A stretch of DNA of 64,000 bases from Dicyema japonicum (lineage: Eukaryota > Animalia > Dicyemida), in assembly GCA_011109175.1 (NCBI GenBank), contig RDEW01000029.1:220158-284157 (forward strand), read 5' to 3'. The notes beneath the pieces are model-generated. The model was given only the letters and a program-made list of their open reading frames with translations. It ran no database searches and was not told where the DNA came from. The position numbers were made by a program, and so were the translations under genes. This document shows, in pieces, positions 12,610 to 23,799 of the stretch (position 1 is its first letter; the number at the start of each line of letters is the position of its first letter).

Positions 12610-14454
12610 CTACAAAGACATACATTTCTTGGACATCTTCTGTCTGTAATTCTCCATATAGGAAGCTTTGGTCCCCTTAATGTCCCTCATGTATTCGGGA
12701 CCACGGTCCACTCTTTTACATATTCTATACTGTTCCTTTTTGGGGGGCAGTTTCAGCTGTTGGGGACTCGGACGTACATAAAGCTTCCCATTTTGATTCT
12801 TTTCTGGAAAATTCTTCTTAGGTCTTTCCGTTTGGCTGGCAATTTCCGTCTGAAAGATCTTCTCATCCACGTCGGTGTTCTCTGAGAAGCTACAATTCCC
12901 CCAAACGGCTACAAAGTGGGGGACGTCGGACTCTTGAAGTCCAATTTATTAATCCGCAAGAACCGTCTGTACATCTCATTCACGTCGTCCGGTATTTTAA
13001 CCCCGTTATCTCCCATAAACCCGAAATCCCTTACCATGAAGCAACTGGTTCTGTCGAATCACCAAGAACTTTACAAACTTCATCTCATCACAGGCCACAG
13101 ACAGTTTCTACCGTGAAAACCACAGTCCTTACATTATTGCTTCCCTCCATCCTCTCAGAGTCCCCAACTTTCCTAAAACGAGTTCTTGCATATTTTTCAA
13201 CTCCTTTTTTAGCCTCGTTACGACTTCTTCCGAGGACTCAGCGTACACGCATGGTTGGAGAGTCTTGGTTAGAAGACAGGGTACCATCGTTTTGATTCCC
13301 ATCGTTTTCTGGCGTAGTACAGAGTGTTGGCTGTCTCGTAGAAACTTATCTTCGAGTTCCTCACGTGAGCAATCATTACGGTCCTCGAGGTTCCATTCAA
13401 GCATTCCTTCAGACACGTGTGAGCTTACTGTCCCTGTAATTTATGAAATTTCCTCGTCCGTTGGCTACAGTTACAGTCAATCTCTCACCAAGACGGTCTA
13501 TGCAGTTCTTCAGTGCCAGAAGGGAGGAGTTTATGTTCCCTTCTTCGATGAATCGCTGTCCTCGGTTCCGTGTCTGAGCTGCCCGTTCGGTCCCCGCCAA
13601 ATCAACGAGGTAGAGTCTTCCAACTAGGAATCTGTCGCCTATTTCCTTCTCAGAGCCTGCCACAACTTGGCGGTAGACGATCTACTCTGAGTATATCTTG
13701 GTTACCTTGATGACTGCGTGGGATCTCGAACTCTCATTATTGGCCCACGTGGGTTCACAGGAACGTCTTTGAATGGCTGAGTTCAAAAGTCTCTTGACCT
13801 CGGAATGAATTGCACGTGTTACTTCACTCATTGAATTTATGGTAAATTCGGAAAGATTTACAACCACAGTTTTCCCGTCCTTGTCTTCTCTGAGCTCCAG
13901 GAAGTCCTCAGAGTCTCCGAAAAGATCTCTGATGTTCTCATTGTAGAGCTTACAGTTTGCCAAATCACCACCTCAAACATTGAAATCGTCAATTTTTGGC
14001 GCCCATTTGTTTTGTTTGAATTCAAATAATTAGTCAGTTCCTCCAGAGCTCGCCAAACTATCCCAAAGTTACGCCTTTCCCCCAGCATGGTGAATGTTTT
14101 CCCACTCCCCTATGTCATCGGTAATGACAACCAGTGGGTCCGTACGAGAAAACTGTACAATTGAATCCTCCGATGACGTCCTTCACCATATTCTTAGTTG
14201 TCCTCATGTAAACCTCCTCCTATTTCGTTAAACCCACCAAAAACCTGGAGTTGTTATGAAAAACGTAGTCAAACTGAAAAATCCGTTCTCGCTGGCGATT
14301 GCTGCGGTATGCCTCCCGTTTGTCCAAAGAAGGCTCTTTTAGAACCAGTCTCTGGGGGATTAAAAAACTAATCAACATTGTTGCTTAAAATATTCAAGAT
14401 GGGTTTCTCGTTGGTCTCCAATATTCTACAGGCTACTGTGAATTGGATGGACAT
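12610..14454 (-). CDS. KIF19: Kinesin-8, KIF19-like
   Basis: FQFDYVF, GFNCTVFSYGPTG/SGKTFTMLG, SMFEV/YNENIRDL, NESSRSHAV, LVDLAGTERAAQTRNRGQR, YRDSKLTR, then a coiled-coil tail. Many 22-25-nt introns and at least three 1-nt frameshifts. Confidence 0.88.
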
Positions 14455-14608
14455 TTATTTATAAATTTGTAGAGAAGGTTACTTAGTAATATTTTATCGA
14501 AATAAATTTTATTACTTTCGGAAGTCAAATAACAAAAAAAATTATTGAAATTAAGTTTTTAATTAATAAATAAATATATTTTAACTGAAATTATCACCAA
14601 GCACCCAA
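14455..14608. promoter_or_regulatory. AT-rich bidirectional promoter region with an X-box-like 13-mer GTTACTTAGTAAT (14478-14490)
   Basis: 154 bp between the divergent ATGs of KIF19 and CYB5D1. The motif has 2 mismatches to the RFX-type GTTACCTAGTAAC. Confidence 0.5.
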
Positions 14609-15319
14609 ATGAAGTACTTTACTCCAAATGAGGTATCATACCACAACACAGTGGACGATTTGTGGATCTCCTTCCTCGATAAAGTCTATGATGTAACTCC
14701 GCTCGTAAATGAGGACACACGTGAGAATTGTTTATCAAATTAGACTTGGCATCTACTCGGCCATTGCTTATGGCTGCCGGCAAGGACATCTCCCCACTGG
14801 TTTGATCCCAAACCCGAGCTGTGTTAGGCGTATCTGATTCTATAGATGAAAAATACATGGACCCTGTAACTAACTGTGAAATGACTTATGCTCCCTACGG
14901 TCCCTTTCTCCACTGTCCGCCATTTTACCCCCGCTCTGACTGGGCCAACGACTTTTCTGTGCCGTGGTGGGAGGATGAAACTTACTACATCGGAGACTGT
15001 CCGTAAAACCCGACTGATAAGAATACTTAATTCTTTCATTTCTCAAGCCCACGTGGTCGAGGTTAATGACTGTAATTTTTATGTCAGGTCTGTTCTGAAG
15101 AGACCATAGATCAGATCCTACTACGGTATCTAAAGTACAACTCACACGCTCGGAGCTACACGTGGAAGTACATGGGAGTTCCTCTTTGATATGAGCAAAA
15201 CCTTGGAACAGAATGGGATCCCCGATGAGGATGAAATGTTTGCTGATCTAAAAATGAATTCTAACAAGTTCCTCCCCACAATTCAACTGTACTACAACGA
15301 TGATTTGACTGAGGCCTAA
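14609..15319 (+). CDS. CYB5D1: Cytochrome b5 domain-containing protein 1 (ciliary)
   Basis: [64 protein letters not shown]. Micro-introns and several homopolymer indels. Confidence 0.93.
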
Positions 15320-15799
15320 GTATTTACTAAACTCACTAATATTCGCTAAATTTCACATAAATTTCAATCTTCAGTTCAAATTATTCACATTCCCTCATGA
15401 TGTGGATTTTTTTGAATCAGCCACGTGGTCTCCTGACAATGATTATCAAAGCTGTCATCTCAGTAAGAAAACACATGCACCCGAAGAATCAGTCGAATTC
15501 TGAGATTTAATTATTGACTACACAATTATCAGTCATGCGACTGATTTTTACTCAATTGAGCTCAAGTTGGTTAAAATTCTTGGAAACCTCGAAATACATC
15601 TTTAACTGGTCTCCCACGTCAGAATCCGTAAAATTATTTTTAAATCGCAAGTGATTTTTGAATGTGGATTGTTGGTTTAATAAAAATTTACCAATCAATC
15701 AGTGATTTGGCATGTTTAATCAATTATTGATTTTATAAGGCAAACTTAATCAATCACATAAATCTAATATTTTTCGGGACACTGCACTATTTGAAGACA

Positions 15800-17075
15800 A
15801 ACAAAATAAAGTAGCTGACAACTAGCTAGTTAGGGGGCCGCTGCTCTCAGAATTCGCATTTCTCTCACAATTGGAAAGGAAATGCGTCCAATGAGCCAGA
15901 TCCTCTCCCGCTTGTTTTTTCCTTCTCCGATAAACGAATCGATATGATTCAGCAGGGTTAGTGATCCGAACCCCCTTTTCTACATCAACCAGTCCAAAAA
16001 ATGAACTTCCACAAAGATTTTCATAATTCGTTTTAAGGGTCTCGGCCCTGATTGATCCTGGATGAGTTGCCGTAAGCCCAGGAGGGGAGAAATCATCCAC
16101 TCAATTTGCACCCCAAGCAAGGTATTTTCCACCCTTCCGCCGGAAATAGTAGCCTTTTGTTTGTGATTTCTACCCCGGAGGACTCCAAGTTGGATCTGTA
16201 TCAGCACGTACATCCAAGATTGATAATATTCTACAACAAAGAGCGGGGAAATGTGCTATACTTGATCAGGCAACACGCTGGGGGAGCACATGCCTTATGA
16301 TTCGTCGATTAATTGAATTAAAGTCTTTTATTGAGAATATTGACAACCAAAACATTTCACTAAAAACTTATAGAAGTGGAATATATTTTACATCCCTTTT
16401 TCCAAACTACAAAACGGTTACAGGTGGAAGATTTAACAGGTGGATCTAATATATAAATTCCAAAAGAGGAGGATTGATTTCAAAAGTAATTACAATTTCA
16501 ATGGAAAAAAAGGGAAGCTCAATTGCTAAACAATGACATCCTGGTAGCTTGTCTGTGTTGATCCAAGGAACCGAGTGCTCTTTACGGATGAACAGGTAAA
16601 TAGAGCGGAAAGGGATTATTTGACCTTGAACTAAAAATCGAGAGACTGGAATCACAACACATATAAGAATGTGAGGATACATATTCATATAATATTGACA
16701 TTCAAATTGAACCCAGTTCCTCATCGTGAATGACGATTTCGAAATTTATTTGAACAAAATTTAAGTGCAAAACGAATTAAAACCGGCCACTTAAGACCTT
16801 TGAATTCAAAATTGCAACTTTTAAAACAAAAATTCGATTCCGCGGCTGACGTGATACCTCAATACAATCGTTCTTGTCAAATACCACTTCATGATCTTAT
16901 TGAGTATTACCCTAAGCTATCAAAAAATCAGCTATGATATCTCTCGCTCTACCTCCGACACAAGTCAGCGTAGAAAGGCTGTTTTCTGGACTAAAATTTA
17001 TCAAATCAGACCTTCGAGCTTCTATGAAGGGAGACCTGGTCGAACCTATATTATTTCTAAAAAATAATATTTAAA
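15800..17075 (+). mobile_element. hAT transposase remnant
   Basis: C-terminal hATC dimerisation motif SLALPPTQVSVERLFSGLKFIKSDLRASM at about 16935-17065. The upstream part is decayed. Confidence 0.75.
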
Positions 17076-17144
17076 TTTTTTTTCTAAATGTTTTTTTATT
17101 TTGTCTGTTATTTTTACAACGTCTGAATTTTTGTATATAATAAC

Positions 17145-18808
17145 TAGGGCAATTTAAGTGCTAAAATGCTATTTTTATTTTTTATACTTTTTTAAATATA
17201 CAATTGAATTTGGAATAATTATTTTTTAATTTTGTTAAAAAAACATACATTATAAATGCTATAAGTGCTATTTTTAATTTTAAATGCTAATTTTTGTTTA
17301 AATGCTAATTTAAATTGCATTTAATAATGTGTTTACGGATTCCGAAACCTGCAGGTCCAATCGAAAATTTCAAACCGATCGCGCTTTTGACCACTTTGCA
17401 AAAAACATTGTCGATTACAACATTGAATTGAATATCAAATTCAGTTGATTTGTCACCAAGTCAAAGCGAATTCAGACCAGGAAAATCAACTGCTGATATA
17501 GTATGGAGTCATCGGTAGCTTACGTCAATATGTCAGAAGTACAGAAAAACAATATATACTCTGGGAGTCGGCTTATCAAAAGCATTCGACTGTGTCTGCC
17601 GAGATAAACTATTGCAAGTTCTCAAGGACATAATTGATGAGGACTGTTTGATGATTGTGCGTTTTTTGCTGGCTGACACGAGCCTCATAGTGAAAGTGGG
17701 GAAGGGCTATTCGGAAAAACTCACGACCGGCATTGGTATTCTGCAAGGGGACTCGCTTTCGCCAGTTCTCCTTGCAATCTATTTGGAAGCTGCGTTGAGG
17801 GACGTTAGGAAAGAATTAGGTCACTTAAATAATCATTTTGTTGAATTAATGTATGCTGATGACATCAATTTTGTGTCTGAGGATGTGGTGGTACTAAGAA
17901 CTGTAATAGATAAAGCCACAACAGTTCTGGCGAGGTGGTCTTTGAAGATCAATTCAGAAAAACGGAGTTAACTTCGATTCAGCGGTTCGATGAGAAATGA
18001 AAGTTTACTAAAAGGCTTGGCTCGTTTTTGGGTGATGCTAAGGTCATTGCTTGCAGAAAGATGTTGGTATCGTGTGCACTGAAAAGATGTGGAGTATTTG
18101 GACTCGCAGAAAACTTATCTCCTTAAATCTTCGGATGCGCTTATATAGCGCGTTCATACAACCAGTCCTATTATACAACTCGGGAACATGGAGAACATTC
18201 ATAGAAATCAATTGAGAAAAATTGCGGGAATTATCAAAGATTATCAAAAAAGACACTCTCTACAAATTATGTAAATGCAAACCGATAAGCAGAGAAGTAA
18301 TTACCTCACGCTGGCGACTTATCGGACATGTTCTGAGAATGGACGAAGTGATTCCTTGCAATCAAATCATGGAAGATTACTATTATACAAGGACTACATT
18401 TTGATTATGACAAGGCAAATATAAAAAATTATATAAATAAAAGAATGGAGGAAAATGGATTTAAACTTATTATTGAAATGACTGAACCAAAAATTAGCCA
18501 ACAAGATTATTTTTCTCTTTCACGCTGTCAGGCATCCTATGCATCTGTTGAAAGAGCTATTAAAATGCTAAAAAATTTTTAAAAAAGGATAGGAACTTCC
18601 ATCCAGACAATATCAAGCATTAACTTTTATTATATTACAATAAATAAAATTTAAATGTTTTATTTTATTATTTTAAGTTATAGATTTTACAATTTTAAAT
18701 GCTAGATTTTATCATTTTAAGTGCTAACTTTTTTAATTATAATTGCTAGATTTTATGATTTTTTAGCGCCAAAAATTTTTTTTTAAGTGCTAGAAACAAC
18801 TTGCCCTA
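17145..18808. mobile_element. Non-autonomous hAT element with perfect 8-bp TSD, containing a nested RTE fragment
   Basis: TIR TAGGGCAA...TTGCCCTA. TSD ATAATAAC at 17137-17144 and 18809-18816. Repeated AT-rich TGCTA subterminal motifs. Confidence 0.85.
17335..18404 (+). mobile_element. RTE-like LINE reverse-transcriptase fragment
   Basis: NFKPIALL, SKAFDCV, GILQGDSLSP, MYADDINF, RWRLIGHVLRM; frameshifted. Confidence 0.85.
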
Positions 18809-18829
18809 ATAATAACCGTAGTCGGAACG

Positions 18830-19180
18830 GAGTCGTACTATATTTTACCGACTTCACAGTCCTGACTTCAACTGTACAGGATACACAGCGGCATTAAGCC
18901 TTTTGCAATCACCTTGTTCATCATTATGTGCCACGTGTGCTCTTCAGCACTCATCAACAGGAGAGAGCGTGAAGTACTCTAACATCATCCATATTCCCGC
19001 ATCTGCACCGTGGCTCATGCAAATACTGACTCCGAGCCAGAGACAGATTTCTATTCGCATGAGTCGTTATCCAAGTGTTCTTAGCGATGCACGAAGAGAG
19101 AGTTGATTACGAAAAGAACGCCAGGAATGCCAATTAGAGAGGCGAGTGGATACCGCTCCTTCCAAAATGAAGGGAAGGTA
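18830..19180 (-). mobile_element. CRE-like retrotransposon fragment (zinc-knuckle region)
   Basis: Degenerate EPRCRCGNMDDVRVLHALSC, homologous to the 38200-38400 segment. Confidence 0.6.
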
Positions 19181-19421
19181 GCATTGAGGCCCGCCAATTT
19201 CGTCAAAGGGAATTTTCAATAATTTCTACAGTGTCAATGGTCTTCAGGGGGGTCTGTATTGTTAAACATGTGGCTGACCGTAGCGAGAAAAGAAAGCGTC
19301 AAGTAAGGTGGAAGTTCCGCGGTATGTGTGTCAAGGAGGAATTTGGTTAAATCCGAGTGCCGAGAGAGCGGAGAGGGTGGACAAGAGGTCTTCGTCATAG
19401 TTTTCCAGTCATCTTATAGAT

Positions 19422-21118
19422 CAGTGTTTCTCAGCCTGTACGATATCGCCAAGATGCGTTTTGTATTTTTGAGGGATGAAATTCTAATTTGGCCGATGGA
19501 ATGATGTTATCCCAAAGACCAAGGGTCAACCCTAATTTTGTGATGAGGGTAGTCAAATCAAATCCATTCCAAAACACTGTTAAACCGAAAAAACAAACTA
19601 ATTGACCCCGAAAATTTATTCCAGACTCTCAGCTTAGCTCGATGCTCCTCCCTCGATCCTATCAGGGATCGGGTTGTATCCTGGTTACGTTAGATAAAGC
19701 CTTCTCTGTTATTCCTTCGTCTTGGATCTCCAAGGCATCATGTTCATTTTTTCTGTAGACAACTTCTCTGTCACTCCAAAAGCCTTTTTTGTATATTTTC
19801 TGAGCATTAGTCCAAAAGATGTAAGGTCCTCATGAGGCACGTGCATCGGATATGAATGGTCGATTTCACGTTGTTGCAGATTACCAGCCCAAGCCTTTCA
19901 TTAAGAAAGTTAGAGAGCCATCCTATCAGGATAGGGTGGACATCCGTTTCAAATATCTCTTTCTTTAGAGACTCTCTTGAGACTGAATGTTTTGGTAGAG
20001 AAACAAGAACAGTAATTAAATGTGACTTCGGTGCGGTGAATCCTTCTGAAATAAATTGGGGAAGGGTCGTCAAGTGTGTGGAAGTTAAATAATTAACCCA
20101 TGTTGAAAGGCAGACATTGGGAGGCCATCTCGAATAAAATCGAGGACCATCCTTTCGAAGGATTGATATTGGTATTTATGACGGTGGTTCCTCTGTGGCT
20201 TCCGAGTAGGTTTCATATGAGCTTTCTTTCAAATAAGTTGACAACCATGACTTAAGATTAAGGTAAAAATAGATTTCTTATACTGAGAAACGTGGTCATA
20301 TCGAAGTAGTCGAGGTAAAACTTATAGCTCCTCCCGGGCAGGTCCACACTAAAAAAAGTAAAGAACAGTTATCATAAATAATCATTAAGGGAAAACCAAG
20401 GAATGCTCTTCACTTCTTTTTTCTTTTTGTTGGGTGTGAGTCCTTCATAGACGATCCCGTTCCGATGTGAAATATTCATTGATATCTGTTTCGTAGGGAG
20501 TAATTATCCCCTCTCTCATGGATGTGAGGGGGTAGTTCTTTACGCAGAAAAATAAAATAATTTATCTCCCGGAGAATGTAAGACTTACCTCTGAGTGAAA
20601 AAGATGCAAAATTGAGATCGTGATTTCGTGAACCCATCACTTTATAAATCCACGTGCGAATGATATTGGAGAAAATGGTACCCAATGTTGCTTCTTTCAT
20701 TTTTGAAGTATATGTGAGGAGTTACTTTTCACATTGATTCCTCATAAGAAGTGTACAGCTTCCGTCAATGAAAATAAAGATCATCTACTTGAACCCGAGG
20801 ATGGTAAGGTTAGTTGAATAGTCGTGGGTTAACACATTCATCACCAGAAAATGTAAGCATTTTAAAGTAAAATGATTTTTGTAATTTCAATTCCCTCCAC
20901 GAACTCTACCAAAATACTGGGGATTACATACGACCCCCTTATGACTTTCAGCCTGCCTAGATGAGGCTCTACTGGGACGCGTCATGATCACGGCATTAGT
21001 TAGTTTGATTTACCCTTTGTCTTTTAAATAATTTTATTTATTTTTTATCCCACATGAAAATTTCCTATGGGGGATGAAATTTCAAAATGGGCGACGGGAA
21101 ATGGGTTGAAAACCACTG
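19422..21118. mobile_element. Charlie/Buster-type hAT element (TIR-bounded) with internal foreign fragments
   Basis: Left end CAGTGTTTCTCAGCC, right end (reverse complement) CAGTGGTTTTCAACC. Flanks TTATAGAT and GTATAGAT match 7/8 with a central TA. Confidence 0.65.
19807..20250 (-). mobile_element. Jockey/I-like LINE RT fragment
   Basis: HSVSRESLKKEIFETDVHPILIGWLSNFLNERLG resembles the DSV...L..WL.NFL..R region of the LINEs at 51-52 kb and 61-62 kb. Confidence 0.6.
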
Positions 21119-21229
21119 GTATAGATACCAGACGTTAAGCGGCCCGTTATTATGGAAGTGGTTGAGTTGATCCCCAAGGAAAGTAGTAGAGGTCATGGCG
21201 GGTCTCATTGTAGTACACCCAAATGAGAG

Positions 21230-21400
21230 ACTCTGCTTGTGCCTACCAAATCCATCCTCCATCACCCTTTTCCATTTTCATCACACGTCCTACTCTCCCA
21301 GACATAACTTCATTCTTAGACGGAAGAGTTTCCATAGTGTAACCTTCATTAGAGGATTTGAGAAGTGAGAAAGGTAGGAAGGGATTATCCTTCATACAAG
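21230..21400 (-). repeat. Dispersed repeat homologous to about 43250-43430 (probable TE remnant)
   Basis: ctatggaaactcttccgtctaagaatgaagttatgtc...ggacgtgtgatgaaaatgga vs ttatgaaaactcttccgccgacgatgaagtaatgtc...ggacgtatgatgaagatgga. Confidence 0.65.
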
Positions 21401-21845
21401 CATAGACGCAGGCTTCACTGGCCGACTACTTGAACCACCCTGACTGTGAAGAAGGGACGGTAAGATGCCAGAAACCGTCAATACCGTAAAAAACAAGTGT
21501 CTCACATGGGAGTCTATATACACGGACGCCTTCTCAAACTTAATCCTGTTTATAACCTCATTGTGCAGAGGCTTTTGTGATGAAAGCCACTAAAAGGAGG
21601 AAACACTAGTAGCTGGGGAACAGATTTTTTCTTCACCCAATTTTTGTTAAGGCGTCAAGAGTGGTCTCCTTCAGCACAGGGAGTTAGTCGAAAAAATCAG
21701 CCGACAAAAGCACTAGAAAGTTTACCCAGAACGACACAATGGCTCTTCCAAAACCGTGTGTTCATGAGAGGTAACTCAATCAGTTCTAACAACACACAAC
21801 TACTCCTCCAGAATGGAACAAAAAACAAGATTTTAGAAAAAAAAA

Positions 21846-23205
21846 TTAAGCAACTTTACGTTTAGGAACGGTAAAGAATGGAACATCCAAGACCTGAGTG
21901 AGTTGGTAAATCTAAATAAAAAGAGTCACTACCACACTAGCGAAGTAAAACAAATGCATAAATCCCGTCAGGTACACTGATACTACGAAACCCTGATCTC
22001 TCATATCAATAGCAGTGGACACGTGTCCAAAGGTCTCCATCACACTCCAGCCAATAATGCCAAAAATAGGAATAAACACACTCGTGCATAGTGGAGCGGG
22101 AGAATTGCACATTTGAGCCACAATGAGGCGACACTAAGACTCTAACAATGGAAGTTAAACCACAATGTTGGAGGAAATCAATCCGTACAGCCAAAACACG
22201 TATTTTGGATGATTTTGAATTATCTGGGGATCCATGAACATCATCAACACATAAAACAATATATTTAAGGAACATATAGCCCAGAAAGGACGCACAGCCT
22301 CAAGGAACGGTCTCCCCTTCCCCTCAGAGTAGGATAAGTAAACATTGTAGAAGCAAACGGGGACAGAGAAGATCCAAATGTTATCTAGAAATCAAGAAAC
22401 CAACCAAGCAAACACTGATAGAGCACCTCAATAAGTCCCACGAGTCTCAATTCTCCATAAATGGGAATAAAAACAGAAATCGGTTGAAAAAACGGAAGAA
22501 CCGCAAGGTAAAAAGTCAGCAGCTAGAATAAGCAGTAAATGTACAATGAAAGTGGGATCGTAGGCCCAGGGGAGGAAAAGGGACCCTGTTATGTACTTTT
22601 CCCAGTGAGATAAATAGAAGAGGAACAGAACAGAGCCCAGGTTCACTACGAGGCGACCAATCCCTAAACCTCCAGGTCCGCATATGTAGAGTGAGGAAAT
22701 GGAGAACATTACTAACAGGAAGGCGGCCATACTGTCACAGCCATGGTCCAATAGTTCCCCCAGCGGACTGCTAATCCCGAGATTTCTTGCCTGCATTCCG
22801 TCAGAACCGTCTGAATGAAAATCACGGAAAACCCAAAGTATGCGCCAAAAAGGTGGAGATTGCGGTGAATACGAACACCCACCCAGGAATAGCTTGAAAG
22901 GAAGGAGATTCGTAGGTACAACTGCAGAAATTGACATCATATACTTCTATCACGAAATAAGCGAGGAACAGAGCCACGATGCTGAGGAGAGTGAGAATAT
23001 TGGGAGATAGCCAGACTGGATAAAAGTTCTGAATCGTGACCGGCCACTACCTTGGCTATGTATGTCCAAAATGGGCGGGTTATGTACTTGGAAATTGGAC
23101 TGGTATCGAAAGAGCTGTACTGAAAGTGAGTAAGACAACAACCTCGTATTTCTTGATGTTTGTGATCTGCTCAGAGTTGAGATAACTGAAAAAAAATCCA
23201 ACCAT
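21846..23205 (-). CDS. SELENOI: Ethanolaminephosphotransferase 1 (CDP-alcohol phosphotransferase), EPT1/SELENOI-like, no selenocysteine codon
   Basis: YLNSEQITNIKKYE/YSSFDTSPISKY, DGSDGMQARNLGISSPLGELLDHGCD, LSHWEKYITGSLFLPWAYD. 21-27-nt introns. Ends ...PKRKVA-TAA. Confidence 0.9.
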
Positions 23206-23479
23206 GATTAGACAAGTAGATTATCTAAATTTGAATTTATTTAATTATAAAATAAAACAGATTAAATATTAATAGTTTGATTAGACCTTATTAAATTAAA
23301 TTAAAAAAATTGGTACTTAGTTCTGGTCTTTGTGATTTTTTTAAATATATACTTTTATTAAAACACAAAATCAATCTAAAGTGGTCCCCGCCGACATAAT
23401 CAACGTTGAGTTCCCTCTCGCGGTCGCAACAGAGATCAACTGGAGAAGCCTTAAGTCTCACGTGCTTCGTGGCTTTTTA

Positions 23480-23760
23480 GTGTAGCTAGGCGTCCAAGTT
23501 ACCTTAGGAAACGAACCGATTTCCCGCTTATTTTTCCCGTTGTCTTGTCACAAGCGCAGGTAGGATTTCTCAGCATACGAGCTATGAGGCCAACCGACGG
23601 AACCAAGCCAACGGTAATAGGACGTATTCCTCCTTCCCTTTCTGGTAGTGCCTCTGAAAACATACTGTTCATTAGTTTGATGATGGGAGACACAAACCGA
23701 ACACCAGAGTTGCCCGTGTTATGAGCAATGAGGTCTTTGAGGTAATTCTATGCTTAATGT
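23480..23760 (-). mobile_element. CRE-like RT fragment
   Basis: ALPEREGGIRPITVG matches the CRE motif AL.K..GGIRPIAVG. Confidence 0.65.
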
Positions 23761-23799
23761 GAAAAGAGGTCTTCATAGTTTTGTTGTCTCCTTGGTTAG

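Noticed and set aside
21846-21900. Selenocysteine UGA or SECIS in the SELENOI-like gene
   Set aside because: The spliced frame ends at TAA with no in-frame TGA near the C-terminus.
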